NCBI GenBank assembly: GCA_951406725.2
Contig: OX597823.1
Location: forward strand, 52,576,001-52,640,000
Source of the DNA: Octopus vulgaris
Lineage: Eukaryota
Direction of reading: 5' to 3'
DNA length: 64,000 nt
Shown here: positions 53,332 through 64,000 of the stretch, in pieces
How the letters are laid out: every line of letters begins with the position of its first letter
Numbering within the stretch: the stretch's first letter is position 1
Made by a program: the position numbers and the translations under genes
The notes under the pieces: model-generated
The model's database searches: none
What the model was told of the DNA's origin: nothing
The model's input: only the letters and a program-made list of their open reading frames with translations

Positions 53332-54594
53332 CAATAATAGTTCCCTATTAAAGGTTACTTTAGTTTAGTTTAATTTAGTTTAGAGTATTATATTTATTTA
53401 GTTATGTAGTCTAGGCTTTAATTTTAGTTAGTCTTTATTGATATTTCTTTGTTTTAATTAGTTCATTTTTAATGTATATTAATATATAACAGTTTATGGT
53501 ACGTTAAAACTTTAATAATTTATATTAGATTTTTTTATTTTCTTTAATTATTTTTTTATTTTTTATTTTTTATTTTATTTTATTATGTATTTTTATTATG
53601 TATTTGTTATATGTATATTGGAGGATATATTTATATGGTTGATGGGTGTATTTAGTGGTGTATGTATTGAGTTTTGTATGTATGTGTGAATGTTTACGAT
53701 CCCTTTGTTTTTTATTTGGTATGTTGAATTGACAGTTTTTATTTGGGTATTGTCTGTTATAATAAAGTTTATATAGATATTTGGGTGATTGTCCGTGAAT
53801 ATGTAGGTATGGGTGTGTATGTATGTGTGCGTGTGTACAAATGTAAGTGTAGATGCGGGAGTGTATGAGTGCTATGTAATTGAGTGGGATTATTTATGCA
53901 CTTGTATATATGAATGTTTTGAAAGTGCGTGTGGTTGCACCTGTCTGCGTGTACACACTCTTATATAAATATAAATATATTAATTTTTATTTACTTTTTT
54001 GAAAGACTGTTTCTTATATATATGAGTATGTGATGTTAGGTGTGAATGTATATTTATATATATATATATATATTTTTTTTTTTTTAATATATATATATGT
54101 TTATGTTTGTATATGTATTTTTTTAATAAGTATTGAGTGTGGGAATGAATATATTGGTGCATATGTCGAGGTTTGTAAGTATGTATATGTTTGTGAGAGT
54201 GTGTATATGGTTATGGTTGTGGGTGTGTGTATATATGTGTGTGTATTTGTGTGTATTGATTTTTGTTAGGGGTTTTATTTGTATGTATGGATTTCATTTA
54301 CCATGATTATTTTATTTAGAATTTTTTAGTATTAGTCCCCATGCATTATGGCTTGGTTTGTTGCTCATGGTAGTTATAATGGGTATTGTATTGTAGCCAT
54401 TTATACGTATATTTATATGTATATTTGGATGTCTAGGAGAGTGTCCGTGAATTTGTATGTTGCATGGGTGTGTGTGTATGTGTGCGTGTGTATAAGTGAA
54501 TGTGTAGATGTGGGAGTGCATGGTGCTATGTAAAAGTGTGTGCTTGTGTATGCACTTGTATACATGCATGATTGATGTGCGTGAGATTGCATCC

Positions 54595-57075
54595 ATTTTT
54601 AGGGATGTATATGTTTATATGTCTGTATGGGTGTGGGAGTGAATTTTGGTGTATATATCGAGGTATATACGTATGTATAGGTATGTGTGAGTGAGGGGGT
54701 ATTTGTATATGTCGTGGGTGTGTGGTTTATGTGTGTGTATTTGTGTTTGAATGTATAGGTTAGGGGGATTGCTATATAGGTTTGTTATAGTGTTTAGTAA
54801 AGGGAGGTTTTATCATTATATGTATTTATGAGTTTTAGTTTATCATGGTAGTTTTAATAAATAATTTGTAGTAATTTATGTCTATTTTTGCTGTTTGTTC
54901 TTTTATTACATTATTCCATTCATAATTTTAAGTAATGTTAGTTTACCACCTGGTTATAATTTTTAATTCCATTTATTCCATTAATAATTTTAATGACGTT
55001 TGTTTCCATAGCGCTACGTATGAGCCTCAATATATACACCGGTGATTCGCTTCCACATCCGTGCGGATGGGTGAGCGTATGCATCCTTGAGGGTGGGTGC
55101 GGTCTCGCGCGTATCGGTCGTGTATGTGTGCAGTTGCATTTGCGGGAGTGATGTGTGATCGACTTGAATGTGCGGAGTTTGCTACGAATTGTTGGTGGAC
55201 CATCGTGATGAATGGGGCCCATATACGTGTAGTGATGGGGCTCCCTTTGCTATGCACGATTGTACCTGTGTGGCAGTCTCCATGTGTACATTCGCGCACG
55301 GGTATACGTGCGTGGGGCATACGCGCACGGTATATGCGTGTACCCCCTCACATGTACATGTGCATGCTTGCTGGGCTCGATATGTGCAACGGTGTGTTCG
55401 CGCCCGTACTCATGCAGATGGGTGAATTGCACAACTAAAATACACACACGTGTGTGTGTGCGTTTTTTGGTTGTGTAGTTTGTTTATCTGAGTGTGAGTG
55501 GGTGTGAGCGTATTGTTGTGGATGTTGAGTTTGGTACGTATGTATATGGGTGTGTGTGGGGGGGTGTACGTATGTGTTGTGTGTGTGTGTTTTGCGTATG
55601 TGTGATTGTGTGTGGATGTATATATGGGGATTGCTATGTGGGTGTAATTGTGTATGGAGGGGGGAGTTTTGTCATTGTATGGGTGTAGGTTTCATTTGTT
55701 ATGGTGGTTTGTTGGTGATTTGTGGTATGTTCTGTATATTTGGGTTAGTTATGTATTGTTCTTGTGTGTGCAATTGTATACATGTATGATTGGTGTGCGT
55801 GGGATTGCGCCCATTTTTGGGGATGTATGTGTTTATTTGTCCGTGTGGGGTGGGAGTGGTTTTTTGGTGTATATGTTGAGGTTTATATGTACTTATAGGT
55901 ATGTGTGAATGAGGTGGGTATTTGTATTTGTCATGGGTGTGTGGTTTACGTGTGTGTATTTGTGTGTGAATGTATAGGTTAAAGGGATTGCTAGGTATGT
56001 TATAGAGTTTAGTAAAGGGAGGTTTTATCATTTATGTTTTTATGAGTTTTAATTTATCATGGTAGTTTTATTAAAGAATTCGTAGTAATTTATGTCTTTT
56101 TATGATATTACATTATTCCATTCATAATTTTTAAGTAATGTTCGTTTACCGCGTGAATATAATTTTTAATTCCATTTATTCTATTTCTCCATTCATAATT
56201 TTAAATGACGTTTGTTTTCCATAGCGCGAATTCTTTTTATACATATGTTAGGTTCCTATGGTAACGTAATTTTGTTTGACGTTTTTAACGGCTTAGAATT
56301 TAATTTCACTTCATAATTTGAAACTGACTTGTAAGTATGTATATTTTTTCTCCTTATGTCATCTTGTTACTTTTGATATTCTGGTTACTTATGAAGTATT
56401 TTATATATCGTATTATGTGTAATAATGTTGTTTTTCTTTGGAGTGTTTATGTATGTGGGAATGTGTGTGAGTGTGCGCGTATTTTAGTTGTATAATTTAT
56501 TTATCTGTATGAGTGTGGGTGTGTAAATATTGTTGTATATATCGAGTTTAGTGAGTATGTATATGTATATGTGAGGGAGTATATGTATATGTTGTGTGTG
56601 TGTGTTTTACGTATGTATATTTGTGTGTGAATGTGTATATGGGTTTGCTATATAGGTTTGGGGATGTATGTGTTCATTTATCTGTGTGGGGTGGGAGTGG
56701 GTTTTTGGTGTATATATTGAGGTTTATACGTATGTATAGGTATGTGTGAGTGAGGTGGGTATTTGTATATGTCGTGGGTGTGCGGTTTACGTGTGTGTAT
56801 TTGTGTGTGAATGTTTAGGTTAGGGGGATTGCTATATAGGTATGTTATAGAGTTTAGTAAAGTGAGATTTTATCATTATATGTTTTTATGAGTTTTAGTT
56901 TATCATGGTAGTTTTATTAAAGAATTCGTAGTAATTTATGTCTATTTACGATGTTTGTTATTTTATTACATTATTTCATTCATAATTTTTAAGTAATGTT
57001 CGTTTTACCACGTGAATATAATTTTTAATTCCATTTATTCATAATTTTAAATGATGTTCGTTTCCAGAGCGGGAA
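54595..57075 (+). repeat. Internal ~420-bp direct repeats in the PLE tail
   Basis: Three similar copies at about 54595-55015, 55815-56230, 56655-57075, with more diverged units between and around them. Confidence 0.85.
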
Positions 57076-57935
57076 TGCTTTTTATACATGTGTGGGGTTA
57101 CCATAGGAACCTTACATATGTATGAAAAGTATTCCCGCTCTGGAAACGAACATCATTTAGTGAATGTGTATATGGGTTTGCTATATAGGTGTAATTGTGT
57201 ATGGTAGGGGGAGTTTTATCATAATATGTATGTGGGTTTCATTTATCATGATCGTTTATTGGTGTTTTGTAGTAGATTCTGTATATTTAAGTTGATTATA
57301 TATTATTCCATTTATAATTTTAAAAAAAAAAACGTTCGATCAACAAGTGCAAAGAATTATTTATTTTGCTTTTGAGTGTTTATGTATGTGTGAATGGGTG
57401 TGTGTGTGTGTGGGATTATTTGCGTAATTTATTTATCTGTATAGTTGTGGGTGTGAATATATTGGTGTATATATCGAGTTCTGTATGTTTGTATATGTAT
57501 GTGTGAGCGGGTATACGTATATTGTTTATGAATGTGGGTTGTATGTGTGTGTGGGGAGTATGAATAAGTATTGTGTTGAAGTATTTGGCTATTTTATTTA
57601 TTTATCGTTGCCTAGACGTTTTTATGTGTATGTATAGGGATTTATATATAGGTGTGTGATTTAGTGTATGTATTTAGATATGGTTATATATAATTAGTTA
57701 TATGTGTATGGGTGTATATATAGTTTATTTTTATTTTGTTTTATATTTATATTTATATTTATATTTAATTGTTGATAGGTTTATTTTAGTTTATATATTG
57801 TTTATATATTGATTATATATGGATTATATATAGGTTATATATAGATTATATATTTATATTTTTTCATTGATACTTTAATTATTTTAAAATTATTATTTTT
57901 TATATTTTAAAATATTGATATTTTAGATTGGAAGT

Positions 57936-57978
57936 CCACCTGAAGATTGTCGATCAGGACAAGAAACAATTGTAGTGG
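57936..57978 (+). ncRNA. Canonical minimal type I hammerhead ribozyme
   Basis: ccac CTGAAGA ttgtc gatcag gacaa GAAA C AATT G TA gtgg; cleavage after 57974. Confidence 0.92.
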
Positions 57979-58063
57979 CGGTTTTTTTGACTTTTTATTA
58001 AAATTTTATGTATTGATTAAGTCTTTCCTTGTTTGTTTTGCAAAATAGTGGTTTTGTCTCTAA

Positions 58064-58108
<45 letters not shown>

Positions 58109-58197
58109 TATAAAGTTAATCCAAACATGAAAACACAAAAAGAAAACACAACAACGCGAGGCCGTGGAACAAATATAGTATTATTGGATGCTCAGGG

Positions 58198-58232
58198 GTT
58201 TAACGTTTCGAGCAGAGCTCTTCATCAGAAAC
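58198..58232 (-). ncRNA. Minimal hammerhead in short element 58112-58310
   Basis: Minus strand gttt CTGATGA a gagc tct gctc GAAACGTT aaac. Confidence 0.85.
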
Positions 58233-58368
58233 ATAGGAAAAGGAAAGATCCAGAGAAGGGAAGGCGGAGGAGAAAAATCGCCAACGGTACACACGCGGTC
58301 ACATTTTGAATATATACATATTCATATATGAATTAGAAGCTGCATTAGTGTTGCAAATGTTTTCAAAC

Positions 58369-58603
58369 ATACATACTTAATGCACACACTCTGCTTGTTT
58401 GCCAGTAGGTTGCCATCTGGTCTGGTGGAGATGACCCCCATCAGAGCGCCAGGTATTAAAATCGTGTCATAGACAGGTGTCTTGCCTGTCTGTGACTTTC
58501 AGGAGTCAGGTGTTTTAACACCTGGCACTTTGATGGAGTCATTTCCACCACACCAGTGGCAGCCTGCCAGTAAACAAGCTGAGCACATACATTGAGTATA
58601 TGT
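58369..58603. mobile_element. Old foldback / MITE
   Basis: ~90-bp diverged inverted arms with inner hairpin gtcatagacagg/cctgtctgtgac. Confidence 0.75.
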
Positions 58604-58765
58604 CTATATATGTATATATGTGTTTGTCTATATATTTATATATGTGTTTGTATATATATGTATATATGTGTATATATATATGTATGTATGTGTATATATA
58701 TATTCATGCACTAAACTGTGTGAACCAGAATTACTGATCTAAATTTAAAAATTAGAAAGCCTTAC

Positions 58766-58978
58766 CTTGGTGATGAGCTATAAAAGTGTAAAGGTATTCC
58801 TTCTATGCTTTTGATGTGTGAGAAAAAGAACAGGAAATATCTCTTGACAGTCATTTTCATGATCTGCTGATTTCTAAGGAGTATCCAACAAGATGTGAAA
58901 CAATCTACCAGGAAACTCTCCTTTTTTTCTGCACGAGTAAAAGGCATAGAAAGAAGGTGTTTACCATTTTTTAATGCA
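58766..58978 (-). CDS. Candidate exon of an unknown gene
   Basis: cttccatag acceptor, 213 nt open in phase 2-2, AG|GTAAGG donor. Confidence 0.35.
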
Positions 58979-59516
58979 CTATGGAAGCTAAACCCTTCTA
59001 GTATTTAAAAACACACATATACATAGTTATATTCTTTTCTGCTCTAGGGACAAGGCCTGAAATGTTTTGGGGCGAGAACCAGCCGATTAGATCAACCCCA
59101 GTATGCAACTGGTACTTAATTTATTGACCCAAAATAATTAAAAGGCAAAGTCGACCTTGGCAGAATTTGAACTCAGAACATAAAGACAGACGAAATACTG
59201 CTAAGAATTTTGCCCAGTATGCTAGGCAAGTCTAAATTGGCACATTTTAGCCAGTTTGGACTCTTAAGTAATAAATGACATGCCTAAATAAACCAATCAG
59301 CTTAACATTTAGACTGAGTGCTTTTTCTCTGTATCTTCATTTAACAATGGATATATACATATGTACATGCAAACATACAAACATACACACATACAGACAG
59401 ACAGACACACACACGCATTCATATGTATCTATCTGTGTATACATGCAAACATAAATCTGTAAATCCAACCATTCATACATACATATATGCATACAAATTA
59501 TACTTATTGTAACACA

Positions 59517-59559
<43 letters not shown>

Positions 59560-60019
59560 CAAAATGAGACAAGAATGCAAAAAATCTGGACAGCTAGGTG
59601 ATACAAAAAGGGACAACAAAACATCCAGATAGACAATACAAAGAAAACAAGGATGGGTCATTCGAAGTTTTCTTTCCTCAGTCAAGCACCAGATTATCCT
59701 AACAATTTCGGCTGATTATTTTTGAGATTGCTCCAATCTGGCCAGCCCCAAGAAAAAACTCAGCTAAGAGCATTAGATTCCTTGGAAAAAAAGCAGCATA
59801 TATATATATATATATTTATATACAGAGTGAGAGAGAGAGAGAGAGACAGGGATAAATAAATAGATAGATAGATAGATAGACAGACAGACATATATAAATT
59901 AACCTGTTATGATAAGTGAATGATAGGCATAAAAAAATACCACAGTTAAACAATACTTGAAATCTATATAATAGCACCTTATTTGAAAAAGATGAATTGA
60001 AATGCAGCCTGAAGCTTAC

Positions 60020-60259
60020 TCAGTAAGATGGTCATCTGGAAAACAATAGATACGTGGCCCAAGGGATGTCAATGACCCCATAGTATATTTTAATATAGTA
60101 AATTTTAATCTCAGATCGGTACATATATCTGATATCATTTTACATTGAAAATCTCTTGGGGAGGTTAACTCATTCATAAGTTCTTTCAGTATAACCAACT
60201 TACAACGAACTGTTTTACCTGCGATGTCTGTGGGACTGATTGATGTCTCTCAATAGAAA
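60020..60259 (-). CDS. Candidate exon with an in-frame TGA
   Basis: ttttatttcag acceptor, 240 nt phase 2-2, GA|GTAAGC donor; TGA at 60250-60252. Confidence 0.3.
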
Positions 60260-60886
60260 CTGAAATAAAAACTTAAAAGCAATAAACCTCATAAGTTAGG
60301 AAAATCTTTGATTCAATGATTTTAAAGTTTTGACTCTGAGAATATAAAGTCAAAATGCAACCCAAACTATTTTGCTTGAGTCAAAATTGACATAGTTTTG
60401 TGAATGGCATTTCAGATTTCTCTAAGTGAAATCTATCGTAAATTGACAATAACCGTATATCATAGCAAAGTAACAGATATTGAAAAATAATTATCATTCC
60501 GAAGGAAGATTAGTTCCTATGAATTTTCTTTGACTGAAATGTATGGAATTTTTAGAGGAGTTCTGCTTGTAACTTGAATAACACAGAAGAACTAGCAATA
60601 ACATTATAGTTAGTGCTTGGTATGTGTAAGTAGGTGAACATTCTATCTTGGTATTTAGATATACCACTCAGAAATATTTCTTTGAAACAGTACCTCAGAA
60701 ATTCTCTGGCTCTTTGAACTCATCTTCATTTTTCCTTGATGCTCTTTCTCTGGTGACTTTTTCTGGGGTAGGTGGAGGTCTGTCAAATGATGATTGAACT
60801 CAAATGTACCACAGTCTGATGAAGGCTTAGCAGATCAAAATTTCGAATCACTGTCAACACTATTCTTGTAAAAGAATATGTATACA

Positions 60887-60940
<54 letters not shown>

Positions 60941-61336
60941 CTAGCAGTATCGCCCGGCGTTGCTCGGGTTTGTAAGGGAAATAACTATATAAGCATTTTT
61001 AGAGAGTTATAGCCAAAAAATAGCAAAAAAATGCATTAAAAATTGAAAAAAAATTAAGGTAAATTTTTTTTTAAATCGTTGACGCATCGTAGATATTTTT
61101 AGAGAGTTACTTCCCTCATATAAAAGCGAAAAAAATGCATTAAAATGGAAAAATATGATGGTAAATTTTTTTTAAATCGTAGACTCATCGTAGACGCACG
61201 CTAATACCCAGAAGGGCTCGATATGAATCACGACTATAAGATACCCGCTTTTGGTTAAACTGCACCGCAAAATGTGGGAGTAGTTAGGAATCTAAATCGT
61301 AGGAGACAGACACACAACTTCACTCTTATATAAAGA
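60941..61336 (-). mobile_element. Non-autonomous Helitron
   Basis: Minus strand A|TC start, subterminal hairpin CCCGAGCAACGCCGGG (60953-60968), CTAG|T end, internal ~100-bp tandem duplication. Confidence 0.88.
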
Positions 61337-61765
61337 TGCTTTTTTTTTTCAGTCATAGAGTTAGATTTATGAAGGTCTTCAGTAGAAAATCCTTCGAATT
61401 CTGACTCGCTGCTTGATATAATGAAATTCGTATCCATTTTTTGTCAGAATTACAAATTTTGAAAACACAATAGGAACAAATGTCGGAAAAAAATCTCCCA
61501 TAATTCACGGAATTAAAATTACACTTCGATTTTTGTACAAAACTGTAGTTGAAGTGTTTACGAAGTATAATACGTGTTTTCACGAATGTACTAAAGAGAT
61601 TTGCTCTGATATTCTCATTTAAATATGAATAGGTAAATTCGGGCGGCTTGGTAACTATATATAAGTGTCGTCTGTTTATACATAAACACTGTTTCATACT
61701 GCAATTATATATACATATATCTATATATAATATTATATAATAAAATATATACAGAGTAAAATAAA

Positions 61766-61871
61766 AACCAATTTACCTTTTCTGTCCGTCCGTGTGTCTT
61801 TGCAAATGTGTTGGAATTAACCAATTTACCTTTTCTGTCCGTTCGTGTGTCTTTGCAAATGTGTTGGAATG
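61766..61871. repeat. 53-bp tandem duplication
   Basis: aaccaatttaccttttctgtccgt.cgtgtgtctttgcaaatgtgttggaat twice. Confidence 0.9.
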
Positions 61872-62570
61872 ATAAGTGAGTTGAGTTTTGGCGCCTTTTT
61901 TACTAATAACAAACACACACGTGTTTGTATGTAGTTGTATGTGTATGTAGTTGTATGTAGTTGTATATGTATGTGTATGCGTGTGTGTGAGGAATGACAC
62001 ACACACACTCACGCACGCACACATGTACATCAATGCTTTCGGAGTGATATGTTAAAATATTGAGTTTCTCGAATTTTGTCTTAATTGGTGGTAAAATTGA
62101 AAGAAATTTTTTATGGCATCACCCACTGAAGTACTCTGAAAAATCTTAGGTAAATTCTAATTGAAGAAATTGTGTGAGGAGTAAATGGTTATGTATTTAT
62201 TTGTTTCTGTTTGCTGTGTTTTTTTATTTTTTGAGTAGTGGTTTAAATACTTTCAGTTTAGTCTTCCTCAAATCACTCTGTCGCTATTTACTTTCATTTT
62301 ATTCGTTGTACACTGTGTGTGTGCGTTTGCGTGTGGTGTAAACCAGACTAAGAAAAGCATTTGACACACACACCAGAATGTGAGTTTTCTGTAAATTTTG
62401 CTTAATTGGAGTTTAAATTTTAAAAACTGGACCTGGCATGACGCGATGCATTCTACTCTTAAAAATGCTAGGTAAATTGTAATTGAAGAAATACTATATT
62501 GTAGATTTCTATAACTCCCAAAGGGAGGCAGATAAAATCTGCCTTTTATAATAAGAGATATATACATACA

Positions 62571-62682
<112 letters not shown>

Positions 62683-63311
62683 CATATATGCATATATATA
62701 CATATATATACCTGTCAAGTCTCATGGTCATTTTTCTCTTATTAAATTCTTAAAACCCAAGGCATGAGTTGCTCATTAGATGTGCTAAAAATAACACCTA
62801 AATAGACCTTAAATCACTCATCCATTTTGGTTTTTGCATAATTGTTTGAATTTCTGTGTGTAGAATACATATTTGCAAAATTTTTCTAAAAATTCCAAAA
62901 AGTAAAAATGTTATGAGGGATTATATGTTGTGCATAAAGCAGAATTCTGCCACTATTTAATTTGTTTACAATTGACAACACATACCTGCATGCACTATGT
63001 GACGGCTTCCAAATCTTATTTTCTGACTGGGTGAAAATGATCAAACTTTAAACTTCTGTACCCTTTTTCCCAAAATCTTTCTGGAAAAAGTTAAATATCT
63101 TCTGAGATTCAGCATGAAAAATTACATCAATGCACCAAATTTAAAGATTTTTACTAAACTTTAAAATTTCCACAGGTGCAACAAAATAGAAAAGATCTGT
63201 CAACTCGTGCTAAAATGACACCTTATCATTGTCAAACTATTCATTCTAGCCCCAACTTATTTATGCTACCTTAGTACAGTTATAATACCACAGGTGTTAA
63301 ATATTAATCAC

Positions 63312-63478
63312 CAAGCAGGCCCAACTCAAAACTCAAAAACTTAAAAAACTCAAAGAGACATGTTTTTGATAAACAGGTGAAATGTCTTGAATAATGTGAC
63401 CAAAGATAAATTACAAGTGAGGAATAAATAGTTGGCCTCAAGTAGAAAGCCTTAGATAATGTGCAAGCTAGATCAGGA
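63312..63478 (-). CDS. Candidate exon of an unknown gene
   Basis: ttgtttttcag acceptor, open frame PDLACTLSKAFYLRPTIYSSL.., G|GTGATT donor. Confidence 0.25.
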
Positions 63479-64000
63479 CTGAAAAACAATTGGTTTCATT
63501 TTCACTTGTTCCTTCTCATGCCACACCTGGCTCATAAGGGCCGGTTTCCCGGTTTCCTTGGCATATAGGTTCCCTACCTGGATGGGACATCGGTCCATTG
63601 CAGGTGAGCTGCAAGATGCAGAAGGAAAGAGTGCGAGAAAGTTGTGGTGGAATAGTCAGCAGAAGTTTGCCTTTACCTTCTGCCGGAGCCGCATGGAGCT
63701 TAGGTGTTTCGTTCATAAACACACGCAGTCTGAGATTCAAACCCATGCTTCCTTGACCACGAGTCCACTGCTCTAACCACTAGGCCATGTGCCTCCACAG
63801 TTTGAATATATTTTTTTATAAAATTCTAAAAATCAAAGTTAATAATAATGTTTGAAAAAGCAAAGCATTAGATTCAATACATTTCAGTATTTAACATGGT
63901 TCTTTATATTCAGTCAGTGTTTATGCTGTCACCCACCTGTTTGTTAAAAGATTAAGTACTAGTTAATATTCTACAGTTTTTTCTTCTTAAATAACTAGGT

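Larger units (their letters stand above)
52251..58070 (+). mobile_element. Young 5'-truncated Penelope-like element with ~4.7-kb 3' tail
   Basis: Open RT-thumb plus GIY-YIG frame, long repetitive tail, terminal hammerhead, (TA)n flanks on both sides. Confidence 0.8.

Noticed and set aside
60812-60862. CTGATGAAGG...CGAATCACTGTC near (CATA)n
   Set aside because: Stem II does not pair; at best an unrecognisable relic
61337-61700. SSSESEFEGF acidic peptide suggesting a DNA transposase terminus
   Set aside because: Too short, no catalytic motifs or paired TIR identified

Overview
AT-rich, repeat-dominated eukaryotic (animal) DNA. The abundant tRNA-derived SINE families and (TA)n/(CA)n/(AAT)n microsatellites resemble those I know from Octopus (coleoid cephalopod) genomes; this is an inference. 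No confidently identifiable host gene. Content: decayed Tc1 (DD36E) and mariner transposons, hAT MITEs, a non-autonomous Helitron, Tx1-like, RTE, CR1-group and R4/Dong-like LINEs, a Gypsy remnant, a 28S rRNA fragment and several Penelope-like element (PLE) pieces. Most notable: (1) about ten type-I hammerhead ribozyme motifs from several unrelated small or long elements, nearly all beside (TA)n tracts, plus four foldback insertions (two with hammerheads in both arms) sharing one asymmetric tail-out geometry; (2) a near-intact LINE with a CCCH-finger ORF1 whose ORF2 has no AUG ahead of the endonuclease but is reachable through an in-frame U_UUU_UUA -1 slippery site plus stem-loop; (3) a young PLE with an Asn-rich insert and a ~4.7 kb GT-skewed 3' tail holding a 52-bp hairpin whose only imperfections are G.U pairs, mostly polarisable as A-to-G, a possible fossil of ADAR editing. 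All motifs were read by eye; no searches or folding programs were run.
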